A stretch of DNA of 63,323 nt, filler included, from Octopus bimaculoides (taxonomy: Eukaryota): the NCBI RefSeq assembly GCF_001194135.2. It is 4 parts of 4 records of this genome, joined end to end, with 100 filler letters (N's around TTAATTAATTAA, not from the genome) between each part and the next. Parts side by side here need not be neighbours in the genome. Positions count along the whole stretch, not along the records: positions 1 to 16,406 come from NC_068984.1; 3 more parts are not named here. One strand, 5' to 3'. The notes under the pieces are model-generated. The model had not been told where the DNA came from and did not search any database. It worked only from the letters and a program-made list of their open reading frames with translations. Of this stretch, positions 1 through 12,410 are shown piece after piece; the first letter of the stretch is position 1; each line of letters starts with the position of its first letter. The translations under genes were made by a program, and so were the position numbers.

Positions 1-905
1 GAAGAAGGGTGTGTAAACAACAAACAGATGTATTACTTTAACGCTCGGGAAATGAGAAAGTCTTTTACGTTTCGACCTTACGCTCTTCGACAGAAAGGAA
101 CACAGAAATAAACAGGGAGAGAAAATAGAAAAAAGGTTTAGTGGCTACCGATCTATCATGCCAAATGCTGGACAGAGGGGTCACACGAAAGAGCTAGGAA
201 GAACGGGAAATAATAAGGTAGTGGTGACCTCAAAACGAAGGTGCGCGTGCGTGTATATGTGAGAACGTGTATATGCGTGTGGAAGGTGGCTCGTGACCAT
301 GGCGTGTGCATGTGTGCATGTGTAGGGTTGTGGATGATGGTGTAGGTGCTGGGAAGTGGTCAGTGCTAATGTGGACCTTGTTTTGGGTGGTGGGAAGTGG
401 TCGGTGCTAGTGTGTGTGGGGTGGTGTGATGTGTTGTGGTGTGGTACTATTGTGTGTGGTGCGGTGGTGTGTGGTGTTGTGTGTTGATGTTAGGGTGTAG
501 GGGAAGCGTGAGTGGGGTGTGTATGGGACGGGGTGTGGTGGGATAGTGTGGTTCGAATGTGTAGGGTGGGGTAACGAGGGAGGAGGTGACGCTGAAGGGA
601 GAAGGTGGGTAGGAGTGAAGTGAGGAAGAAGGTGCTAGACCAAGAGAGGAGTGGTGAGTGGGAATAAGTACGTGAGAGAAGAATAGAGGAGAGAGATGGT
701 GGGTTAGACGAAGTAGGTGTAAGAGGAAGAGAGGAGAAAGAAGGAGGATTAGGTGAAGAGGGGAAGAGATTTGAGCCGATGTGACGCAAAGGAGCGAAGA
801 GAGAAGATTGATCCCTGCTCACAGCGTAGACGGGAGTCCAGATGGTCCCTGTGCAAGGACAATCCGAACACAGACAGGTGTTGTAAAGCTGATGAGAGAG
901 TAATA
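1..905 (-). mobile_element. Penelope-like retroelement 3' part (GIY-YIG C-terminus, low-complexity tract, terminal repeat)
   Basis: The minus-strand peptide LQHLSVFGLSLHRDHLDSRLRCEQ..IFSLRSF matches the C-terminus of the GIY-YIG copy at 14.9-15.1 kb. It is followed by the same CA-rich tract and the same terminal segment (ctgtcgaagagcgtaaggtcgaaacgtaaaagac) seen at about 15.6 kb and 62.5 kb. Confidence 0.75.
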
Positions 906-2795
906 ATCACAAAAGAACGTATATTGGTGAAATTAACATGCAGGTGATTAACTGATAGCGTATTTCTCAAGCGGATTTATTGTGACACTGAATGGGCAAC
1001 TCATTGCCAGCCGATTGATCTGAAACAACGTCAACAGAAATATCTTCCTCAAGGATATAGTCCCTATGTGTATGTGTGCGTGTGTGTGCATGTGCGTGTA
1101 AGTGTGTGTGTGCATGTGTGTGTATGTGTGTGTGTGAGGTTCTGTGTGAAGGAGCACCATTTAGAAGTGATTCATTACAGTCTTCCTGCCTGTTGTTCTA
1201 AACATGCTTGAAATGGAACATTTTTCCTGATAATTCCAAACAATTTAATGATGCAATTTTCATTATAATAAAATCGTTTTAAATTGTAATTATATCTGTA
1301 ATACTTACAGTAAATTTAGGTTACAAGTTAATAGCACTTTTAGATTTTTTCTTTGACTAGTGACGAGCTTCTGCGTCAGTTAATTTGAATATCATAAATA
1401 TAGATCATTAAATGTATATGGTGTTTTCGGAGAAGTGGTGATAATAAACATTTTGCAACATACTCTGTATAACACACTAAACGATGCAAAGAACAGCGTA
1501 CAACTTATGTTACGTCTGATTCGTTTCTACTACTTTCCAATGTAAATGTTTCTCTTTCAAAAACGTAATTATTTCCAGCATTACGGGTTTTTACCAGATT
1601 AACTTGCAGATTTGCAGAAAGTATTACAAATTCAAATAACAGAGTTAAGTCGCGTATACTTTTTAAGAATAGACTCGGATGTAGTTTAGTGAAAGACATA
1701 TTCCCTTTAATCTTTAAAATTATTTAACAGAAATACCTTGATGTACAGCGTGTTAAATGGACTCTGATTCGTTTATTGTTACAAATATCTCCTGCCTAAC
1801 TTTGTAATATTCTCTACGCAAGGCTGCGAATGTACCTTGAAGTGTTAAAGAAGCCTCATAGAAATATCAGTCAAAGGTACTTCAAATAATCTATTACCTT
1901 TAAGAAGACAAAGGACATATTAGATAATAAAATCCTACAAAAACAATTCTAATGTAATGTCATAATGGTCAGGTCTTCATCAGTTTTCATCATATTCATA
2001 CGTGATCACAACGATTCTGTAACTACGTAATATATATGCATCCCTAATACTCACTATATTTATTCCACAGCAACACATACATTGCCTTTATTTTGCTGAT
2101 CTTACTTAAAATTATTATTTAATCAGTTAGTATGAACGTTGAGGACTTGACATTAATCTTTAATGAAATATGAACATCCGGTAAAGCTTTATGTGAGAAG
2201 CATTACAAAGTCATATTTCACTCATTGCCGTTCTTGAAAATTTAATTATTAATAATTTTGATTTAATGAAAGAAATAATTTTATTTAGTGCTAAATGAGC
2301 ATGACCCCAAAATGAATGCTCTTCAGCTAAATGTTACTCGTTAATATTTAGCTGATATTTCAGATTTTCATCTTTCATAATCTATTAATGACATTCACAA
2401 AAGCCGTTTCACGTAGGATAACATCTATAATGTTTCTGTATATATTGATAACAGTGAAAAAAACCACTGCTCTATCCTCTATATTGTTCTTTATTTTCTA
2501 ATCAACGTGTTGGGTTACCTGAAATATAATTCAAAAATCATTTCTCGGGGATTTAACATGATACCATTACTGAGGTGATAGAATAAGAGTAGTTTAGTAA
2601 ATTTCATTTTCATGCCAAGCTGGGGTTGGAATGCTTTATTAGTGTAAAGTTTGACTAAGTAAATAGGATTATTAGTTTGGTTGTATTAAACAGTTTATAT
2701 GAGTAAGGAATTCCATACTGCATGATATTTTAACATTGATTTTGAACGTAGTGAAAATTTGTGGTGCGATTTCAAATCAGTCCAGCATTTTCCAG

Positions 2796-2928
2796 TTGTA
2801 CATATGATGATTATCTTGGTGGACGCTGTATTCTTACCGGTAATTGTCGCTGTCACTGTAGACGCGATGATACAGCTGCACAGAATGATGAAGGTGATGA
2901 TCATGAGAAGTGTGTAGATTACAATTAG
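2796..2928 (+). other. Candidate Cys-rich peptide exon (defensin-like gamma-core plus acidic tail)
   Basis: After the acceptor-like cattttccag, the frame reads CTYDDYLGGRCILTGNCRCHCRRDDTAAQNDEGDDHEKCVDYN*. GC content is locally raised. No convincing upstream signal-peptide exon was identified. Confidence 0.3.
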
Positions 2929-3431
2929 TATGGGAATATCAAGGATGATATTCATGATCAAAATGGTGTCCATGTTTTGACTAGTATAACTAATTCAAGG
3001 CTTGCTTTTGCTTGAATTAACATTTCGAAACAAAATTTGCATGAATAACTATAGTTCAGATATCTCCATTAGGTTAACATATATGAAATCTAGGCATCTT
3101 TTATTATCGCTATAAAAATGTTTGTGTATATTTTGCGGAGCTTACCCTTATTAGTGTTTAAAAGCGAGGGAAATGTATGCAATATTGCAAGTTATTCTTT
3201 CTGAATAGATTTAGGTGACGTTCAGTAACAACATCTTATTCAATGTAGGTTTCACGTTGGTTCACTAACCAGTGTTGACCTCCATTTACATCCTCATATA
3301 ACCGAAATTAAATCCCCGTGAAGGCAAGAAAATAGTCTTAAGATATAATTCCACCACGGCACGGACAAGACAATATTTTAAAATTGATAGCTTCTTAAAT
3401 TATTGTTATTGTCATTTTCTCGTTTCTGCAG

Positions 3432-3485
3432 ATGCACATAAATAATGTTAAAAAAATGAAACAATTATTTTGAGAGTATCCGCTT
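3432..3485 (+). other. Candidate 54-nt non-coding exon
   Basis: Strong acceptor attgtcattttctcgtttctgcag and donor gctt/gtaagt. All three frames contain stops. Confidence 0.3.
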
Positions 3486-4899
3486 GTAAGTTGGTTCACT
3501 GTTCGAGACACTAGAAAGAAAACTAAAAAAACAATTTTTGTTTTAGGAATTGAAATAGGTCATTCATTTATTTTACATATATCAAATAGTGTGCATCGAA
3601 TCAAATTACTATATTTTCTTGTTTACTTTTCTGATTTCAAAATACTTAACGAACAATTTTCTTTTCTAAATGCCTTAAAAGTGAGGCTTATTGAACAATA
3701 GAAAACTTCGTAGAAACTCTAAGCTGTGCTAAATGGCAGTTAAAATGGAAAACAACATTAATCCATCAAAATAAAATCCACAGATAATTCTAATCTTCCA
3801 GTCTTTGATTTGTTTACAAATAACATATTTACATTAAGTGCAATATTTTACGAAAAGGAGGTTGTATGTTCGCACATAACATGTAGATGTAAAGAGCCGC
3901 TAGAATACTTTAAAGAAGAGAAATGAGAAAACATATTTATAGCACAGCTCCGATTCATTATAGAAGCCTATTTACAGTACATTACCTTTCTGGATACATG
4001 TTACCCATCTCCAGATCGTTACCAGTTACAATGCCAACTAGTTATAATAATCATGCATTTCCAAATGGAAAACCTTTATACAATAAGACTATAGTTATAA
4101 AGAGAAGTAAAACTCGTATCATACAGCACAGAGAAATGTAAGACAACGTCATATCACTAAAAAGAGAGAAATAAGGTTATAGCAATAACACACGAGTTCT
4201 TGACTTTATGAACAATAATCCAACACTATAATCTGAAAGAAATTATTAAACTGAAAAGGTCAGTAGTTTATTGACAGGTTTCTAAAGGCATTCAAATAAA
4301 TCAAGCATACATAAATTACGTATTTCGCAATAGAGAGAACTGATAACGGATGAGTACTATCACAAATGAACAGCATTGAGCGTAGAAAATTATTTATTCG
4401 GAGGTAAATTTAAATAAACTAACAATAAAAACATATAAAGAAACGAAAATTTCCCTCAGTATGTAACTAGAAACTGAAAAAACCCCGAAGGAAATGTTTT
4501 AGAAAATACACCAAATAAGAAAATAATAAAGATTTAAAACAATGCTTAATGTAAAATAGAATCCCGAAGTATTTGACAACAAAGGGGTTATAAATTTGCT
4601 CAACGTCGAATATAATACTTCAAAGATGAACTTCGCGATAGATAATATCAAAACTAGTTCAAAGTTTCTTGTTTGCAATTATTATTATTTTTTTTATTTT
4701 TTGAAAATCTGAAATAATGTAAGTTACAAATGTAATGCAGGTTGGTGAATTTCAACTGGCATTTCAGATTTATGGCCCCTTCATTGTAGAAAAGTTATTA
4801 TCAGCTGACTTCCCTGTTCTCTAATGTGATTGTATGGCGTGTTGTTATACGCTGCCGTAGTGACCAATCAGTCGGCTTCAATCTGTTATTAATATACGC

Positions 4900-5400
4900 T
4901 GTGCATTTGTTGATTAAAATAGCTTCTTTTATTCTTAAGATCCGAATATTTCTTTAGCTTCAGTGGTATCCTGGATGTTTCCAGTGGGTGTGGAATTTCT
5001 GTACATGTGTTTTGGCGAACGAATCATTAACGTACAGGTGTTCTTTAATCCCTATTTTTATTTCTCTGATAGTACTTGAGTACTTCAGATATAGAATTCG
5101 TTGCATTTGCCACTCGTGATCTTATACCACTCGTGGGTTCGCAGACATACATTTTCCCTTCCAATCGGTCAGTTAGGCATTGTAAATGAAGTTTTCTCTT
5201 GACTTCCTTTTACTTAGGATTTTTATGGCCTTTATGGAGATAGTTGATGAAGTTTACAATATGTTCTACTATATCGTTGAACATTTAAAATTTGAGGTGG
5301 AGAGGCTCTGCTTCATTTGGAGCTCAAAATCACAAGAGATGGATCTATGTCCCATAACTTTTAAAGAAAAGAGGCATTCAGGGACCTAGTATTTTGTTAT
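4900..5400 (-). mobile_element. Degraded Penelope-like GIY-YIG endonuclease remnant
   Basis: Minus-strand fragments KCMSANPRVV.., NEFYI*ST, KIGIKEHL and RIKEAILI lie in the order expected for a PLE GIY-YIG domain. Many stops and frameshifts. Confidence 0.6.
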
Positions 5401-5781
5401 GATCCATCCCTGTCAATCAGAGAGCCTATATTATAAACAGGATTTACAGGATACGCAGTTGATGCAGTGACGCTGGAAGCAAAGAACCCGATACTATACA
5501 AATCAGAGAAATCGTACTGGAGATTGGTGGTTTATACTCTTTCATAAACGATAGGACATCCTGAGACCACCTAACAAAACGTGCACTTACTCGGATATCG
5601 TTTGGTTTTGAAATTGCCACGACTTTATGAGAATAGAAAGTATTCTGGGATCCGCAGGGAGGGACTGAATATATAAGTGATACACTCAGGAACTTTCCCT
5701 CAGGGAATCCTAACAACAACACCCGGACAAAACAACAGCATACGTACACTGACAAACATCTGATCTCATAGAACATATATA

Positions 5782-7044
5782 CAGGGTGCGCAAGATATTC
5801 GAGGACAGATTTATGTTTATAAAAAAAAACATATATATAATAACAGATACTAACTTTATTTATCAAAACTTTCTATGAGGATAAAAAATAAACCATCTTT
5901 TCTATAATGTTATTCAATAAAGCTACCTTTGACTTCAACAACTGCTTGTATATGAGATCTAAATCATCTACATGCTCGAATCAAGTGGTCCTGGTTCAAT
6001 TTTTGAGCATTACTCTGACTATGGCAGTTTTCAAAGAATCTTTGGTGTTATGGGCTTGTTCGTTGACCTCTTTCTCAACCACACTGCACACACATCGAAA
6101 GGTCCAGTGGATTGCGATATGGTGAATTAAGAGGCCAAATTTTTAAAGGTTATGTGATCATGAAATTCCCATTCCCGTGTTACTACAGACATGTGTGATA
6201 GTGTAGAGTCTTACTGAAACACATATGACCTTCCATTGTATACACTGTCTCTCAGGGTTTCAGAATTATTTCCAGGACCTCAATGTAGGCGGAAGATTTA
6301 ACTGTAAGGCCTTGTAGAAAGAAGTAAGGTGGCATCACATGTCGTTCATTACTGTCAACCCCTAACACCATGACCGTTGCAGGAAATTTTGCATGTATAA
6401 CACTTGGAACTTTAGAAAAGTCTGCACATAATCATTTGCCATTTCTTCTGTTATCATTTTGATCATGGTTGAAGTATTTCTCGTTTGAGAAAGACTAAAT
6501 CAAATTTTCTGCTGCATTTTCCCGTTTGTTTAAGAGCCTTTTAGATCTGATGTGGTGATTTGCCTTTGCTTTTTCTGACAAATTGACCCTTTCTCATCCT
6601 AAGAGACATATATTTGATGTGTTCGTGGACAACATTTCTGACTGTACCTTCTGACACTTGGAGATCTTTTGCAATTGACATCATGAATTTTCTAGGATTG
6701 TAATCAATGATCTGTTGAACTTGCTAGATACATCCAGGTGTTCTGGTGATTTCTGGGCGTTTAGAATGCATTTCTATGCTTTGATACGGGTGATACGTTC
6801 TTGTCTTCAGTCTCTAGCTCCTTACAAACTTTGTAAACGAAAGATCTGGCATTTTTAAAAAATCGATATATTTCTAAATCGCTATTCTCAGCCTTTATAA
6901 CCATAATAACAGCATGTCTCTTTCTTTCTTGAGTAAGCTGAGGGTCTGACATTATTGGTTTCTGAAACAAAGATCATACAATGTTAACAAAAAATGCATC
7001 AAGAACCCCAAAATGGCATGTCCTCAAATACCTTACGCACCACG
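5782..7044 (-). mobile_element. Tc1/mariner DNA transposon, maT/DD37D-like, full length but transposase inactivated
   Basis: 26-bp imperfect TIRs (cagggtgcgcaagatattcgaggaca at 5782; tgtcctcaaataccttacgcaccacg at 7019-7044), with TA on the left. Minus-strand fragments run from LTQERKRHAVIMVIK through FSNEK (=FSDEK), VFQ*DS and WPLNSPYRNPLD (=WPPNSPDLNPLD) to AVVEVKGSFIE*. Frameshifts prevent an exact D-spacing count. Confidence 0.88.
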
Positions 7045-7059
7045 CATATATGTGTGTAC

Positions 7060-7103
<44 letters not shown>

Positions 7104-7554
7104 NNNNNNNNNNNNNNNNNNNNNNNNNNNNNNNNNNNNNNNNNNNNNNNNNNNNNNNNNNNNNNNNNNNNNNNNNNNNNNNNNNNNNNNNNNNNNNNNN
7201 NNNNNNNNNNNNNNNNNNNNNNNNNNNNNNNNNNNNNNNNNNNNNNNNNNNNNNNNNNNNNNNNNNNNNNNNNNNNNNNNNNNNNNNNNNNNNNNNNNNN
7301 NNNNNNNNNNNNNNNNNNNNNNNNNNNNNNNNNNNNNNNNNNNNNNNNNNNNNNNNNNNNNNNNNNNNNNNNNNNNNNNNNNNNNNNNNNNNNNNNNNNN
7401 NNNNNNNNNNNNNNNNNNNNNNNNNNNNNNNNNNNNNNNNNNNNNNNNNNNNNNNNNNNNNNNNNNNNNNNNNNNNNNNNNNNNNNNNNNNNNNNNNNNN
7501 NNNNNNNNNNNNNNNNNNNNNNNNNNNNNNNNNNNNNNNNNNNNNNNNNNNNNN

Positions 7555-7599
<45 letters not shown>

Positions 7600-7632
7600 T
7601 ATACATATGCGGACCCGCGTAGTGTATGAAAT

Positions 7633-7889
7633 CACGTGTAGCAGATGAAATAAACATTACACCGGAAGTGTATTTCTAAGTGCAAAATCTAATTAACAAA
7701 CAGTTTAGTATACTCATGCTTCTTTCGCCATAAAGCACAATCGGAAATGACATCAAGGTTTTACACCAAAACTACAGAAGATAATATTGGGAACATGAGA
7801 ACAAAGGAAGTTTCTTTTCATTAATAAACACACAGCGCGTATTAAAAATAGATTGGAGCTGCACGCGAATGATAGGTTACTATAGCAAC
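7633..7889. promoter_or_regulatory. Promoter-like motif cluster with RFX X-box
   Basis: E-box CACGTG at 7633-7638, ETS-type ACCGGAAGTG at 7661-7670, reverse CCAAT at 7852-7856, X-box GTTACTATAGCAAC at 7876-7889. CpG is locally elevated. Confidence 0.45.
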
Positions 7890-10816
7890 GCATACCATCC
7901 CTTCTGATATTTACATACTACAGAATAGAGAAGTCAGCTGCTCACCACTTCTCTATTACAAGTTTCTGAAATTTGAAATTTGACATCATCGAATCTTGCC
8001 ATTTGCGCACATCATTACTTTTCAAATCGAACCATATTTAGATATAAGAATTACGTTTGAAACACATTTCAAAACACCAAATAGCTCAACATCACAATCT
8101 AAATAGTTAAAAAATTGGCAGAAACAAACAAATACGTACCTATGTACGACTAGACCGCAAACATACATTTGCCTGTACGGTGTCCTAGTAAATTGGAGGA
8201 AACCGTTCAGCACTAATTATCAATATTTTAGAAATATATCTCCACTGAGCTAAACATTTCCGTTACTTTGGATGAAAAGATAGCTTGAAATAACGGAGCT
8301 AAACTGTCATTCATCAAGGAAGTTTAAATTGAAATAGGTATGATGGAGCGCATAAAAGCGAAGACCAAAAGTCAAAGCTATATTGTAATCTGTTATAATA
8401 TAATATCGCAATTGTTATAAATCCACACAAAGCCTATTATACAACATGTGAGGCTGATTTCACATCCTACGCAAGACACTTTCAAGTCAATAGTAGAAGT
8501 GTAAGTGTTCATTCCCTATACACAATACACATTCTATAATATTACCACGTAATAATGCAACATACATCGCAGAACATATACCACAAGGATTCTCGCAGAA
8601 AAACTGTAATAAATCCACATAATCTATGATATACGCTATCACAAACCAATAACATAAAACACGGTCTACGCTGCAATAATTCATTCTCTTTACTTTAAAA
8701 AAATCTGCAAAATATCTAGATGTAAAGATTAAACTATTACTCATAGAATCTCTGCTTGTTAAGCATAGCCGAGTAATAAAGCAACTACAGGTATGAACGA
8801 TCTGGAATTTCACACAATAGATGTCAAGCCAGCATTATGCAATTTGTAAAGAAACGCGTTGTTATATATATATATATATATNNNNNNNNNNNNNNNNNNN
8901 NNNNNNNNNNNNNNNNNNNNNNNNNNNNNNNNNNNNNNNNNNNNNNNNNNNNNNNNNNNNNNNNNNNNNNNNNNNNNNNNNNNNNNNNNNNNNNNNNNNN
9001 NNNNNNNNNNNNNNNNNNNNNNNNNNNNNNNNNNNNNNNNNNNNNNNNNNNNNNNNNNNNNNNNNNNNNNNNNNNNNNNNNNNNNNNNNNNNNNNNNNNN
9101 NNNNNNNNNNNNNNNNNNNNNNNNNNNNNNNNNNNNNNNNNNNNNNNNNNNNNNNNNNNNNNNNNNNNNNNNNNNNNNNNNNNNNNNNNNNNNNNNNNNN
9201 NNNNNNNNNNNNNNNNNNNNNNNNNNNNNNNNNNNNNNNNNATATATATATATATATATATATATATAAACAATCTCTATGGATATAGGCAGTTTGAGAA
9301 TGAAGCCATGATACACACAATTACATGTAAACAACTCCAAAACATTTAAATAAACAGACAGCCTTAAATTTACAAGCATCTGTATATTTTAGAAATCGTA
9401 CCCTAAATAAACAACAAAATGCAATAGTAAAAGTAAACACTCCAAATATAGAAGGCCTAAAATACTGCGGCGGGTAGTGCAGTGGGCGAACAAACAAAAA
9501 TAACTGTAGCCAAATAGAAAAATGATAAACTTTACGCGACGTCTGATAATCATAATGATAAATGTTTTAATGGTATATATCATCTTGCATTGTTCTTAAT
9601 AGTGCAAATGCTTTATTGTAGATAATATGAATATTTACATGTTTATTCTTAACACGTCTCGGCAGGTTCAGATGCAAAGAGAGATAAGTGAAAAATTGTT
9701 TTTTACTTGAAAGTGTTCAAATGAAAAACTGTTGCTGATTTTCATATCTTTGCATCTACATATTTTGTAGATTGTTAGATAATATATAAACATCATATTT
9801 TGCCGTTAATTATTCCATTAATGTAGAACGGAGGAAACAGAATTATAATAAAACCTTGAATTAAGTACAATCAATATTTCGGTTACTCAGACATTCAAAT
9901 TGGATATCAAGTAAAATGTAAAACTGTTTTTGTTATATAGATGGTGCCATTTTTATTATTGTCTTTATTCAGTTTTTATTTATATAAAATTTAGTTCAAT
10001 GTACATACGTACATAATTGCAGTTGTGCATTTAAACTATTTATGTGACTGATATCTGTTTATGGCAGCGAGGTAATGATAAGATATAGAAAGTAGTTTGC
10101 AGTTTTCTTTAAATTCTTTTAAAAATTTGAATACTGTAGAAATTACCGATATCGATAAAGGGAAATGGAGTCTCAGGAGAAATCGACTTTGTTTTAATTT
10201 TATACCTCTATATGATTTCCCTGTCAGAGAAACTAAGTTAAACTGCATTAAATTCCTCAGCAATTAAATGGTATTCGTAAATTGGTATCATAATATACAC
10301 ATTCTTTGTCTTGAATGAAGATAAAAGATTTCAAATCGTATAAAAATTACCAACTGTGACTGTTACAATTACATTATAGTTTCATAAAAATTTGCGAATG
10401 GGAAACCTATAGCAAACTAAATTATACTGCCTATTGAAATATTTCCGCTTGTGTGGTAGATAACATATTTATTTACACACAGCTTGAGCTAGAAATAATA
10501 TACTTTCGAAGATTTTTGGATATTGTTAGCTAATGGTGATGACTGAATCTGTAAAGATTTACTTTTAAGAGAGTGTGTAAGCGCAGAATTACACAAATGA
10601 AAACCATCCCGCAGGTGTTAAGGTAGCAATGACCATAACAATTTTAAGGATACCGCTGGCTTTATTTAGCTCAATAATTGTCGTAAATGCAGAAGTTCTA
10701 CAATAAAAGGAAAATTAATCTGGCGGTTACGTCATTACCTTTTTCGAAGTCTATAAAGAATTTGATTACAGGTTTACTTGAAACCTGTAATCAAATTGCT
10801 TACTAACGAACTTGTG

Positions 10817-11560
10817 TTAGGTTGACAACTAAGTTCCCGCCGTTTTTTAAAATTTAATTTTTTTAGATAGTTTAATAAAAAAAATAACTAATTGATCAAT
10901 AGTATATTCACCCTTGTTGTTTAAAACTTCTTCCTAACGATCAACAAGATTTTCAATACCTCGTTGGGAGAAATCACTCGATTTCGACTCGAAAAATTGA
11001 TACAACCAAGCTCTGAATTCCGCATCAGTGTTGAACGAAACTCCGGCAATATTATTTGAAAGAGATCGAAAAAGGTGCAAATCCGTTGGTGCTAAATCGG
11101 GAGCGTACGGCGGGTGTGACAGCACTTCCCGGCCATGCGTTTGAATGGCTTCCTGGGTCATATTGGCGATAAGAGAGCGGGCGTTGTCGTGCAGCAGAAA
11201 ACCTTCATGCTGCCGATTCTGTCTTTTTTCTTGAATAGCCGTGTTGAGTCGTTCCATCTGTTGAACATAGAGTTCCGCGCTGACCGTTTGGTTCCATTCA
11301 ACCAATTCGTAATGGATAATCCCTTCCCAGTCCCACCATAAACATAACATCGTTTTACGCAGATGAAGATCTTGTTTCACGCACGGTGACCCTTGTTTAC
11401 TGGGGCTTAGCCATTGCTTATGCTGCTTCATATTGATGTACAGGCACCATTTTTCATCGCCAGTAAGGAATCAGTAAAGCAATCGTCGCTTGTCTCTATG
11501 AGTTGAGTGGGGACGAGCAAGCCAACCAGCGGAGATTGTAGATCGTTGATTCTTTTTTAC
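10817..11560 (-). mobile_element. mariner (DD34D, Mos1/SETMAR-like) transposon, 5'-truncated
   Basis: Minus-strand LTGDEKW, LLHDNAR and HPPYAPDLAPTDLHLF motifs (ORF 10934-11431). A mariner-type TIR ttaggttgacaactaag begins at 10817. Confidence 0.9.
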
Positions 11561-11590
11561 TTGTACTATCCATGCAGTCTAAATTTATAT

Positions 11591-11623
<33 letters not shown>

Positions 11624-11695
11624 CATATATGTGTGTGTGTGTGCGTGTATCTATGTATATATATCAACATATGCATATATATATGAAAGCATGTG

Positions 11696-11752
<57 letters not shown>

Positions 11753-11766
11753 TTGTGTGTGTAATC

Positions 11767-12266
11767 GGTGTAAAAAAGCACAAGCGAATGCTAAAAATAT
11801 GAGTCAAAAAGTTAACTCTGAGAGCCAGAAAATGACACTAAGCTCAATTACATTTACGGGCTGCGGGCACAGCAAACTGATACGATCTTTTCCTTGTATG
11901 ATGGACTCTCCAAAAAATACCCGAATAATGCTTTACGACCTGATTTCGAAATTTAACCAATAAAGATTTGTTTCTCTTTACAAGAATGTACCGATTACTC
12001 TAGGCAAAAATACATAGTTTGCGTCGTCATAGTAACTGTGAATAGGAATACGTTGATAGGCAGCGCTAAATTCAAATCGTTAAAGTGTATATTATCAATA
12101 CAAGAAGATAATATAATGATTTATTAATATATAACGATATATTACGCGCATTATAGTATAAGTACCCGTTCCCTGTAAATGTAATTGAGGTTAATGTATT
12201 TTTGTGGATCTTACAGTTAACTTTTTGACTCTTATATTTAGCAATCGCTGGTACTGTTTTACACCC
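11767..12266. mobile_element. MITE-like element with about 100-bp diverged terminal inverted repeats
   Basis: The segment ggtgtaaaaaagcacaagcgaatgctaaaaatatgagtcaaaaagttaact..catttacggg (11767-11870) recurs inverted at about 12165-12266. The interior is non-coding. Confidence 0.55.
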
Positions 12267-12375
12267 TTTATTTATTAATTCCTTTTTGTCCTTAGAATTG
12301 CTAGCCACTGATACTATAATATTCTTAATATATCTTCTTAATATATTAAAAATTCATTATAGTATCTTCTTTTAT

Positions 12376-12410
<35 letters not shown>

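Noticed and set aside
2695-2973. 92-aa hydrophobic minus-strand ORF MDTILIMNII..
   Set aside because: It is the antisense reading of GAT-rich sequence, giving I/M-rich low complexity with no homology signal.
6974-7657. IYIY/CVCV/HTHT ORFs here and around most gaps
   Set aside because: They are dinucleotide microsatellites and N runs.
8487-8603. Minus-strand Cys-rich stretch FFCENPCGICSAMYVALLRGNIIECVLCIG after a ttacag acceptor
   Set aside because: The spacing matches no family I recognise, there is no gamma-core or processing site, and TG-rich DNA yields Cys by chance. Worth only a quick TBLASTN.
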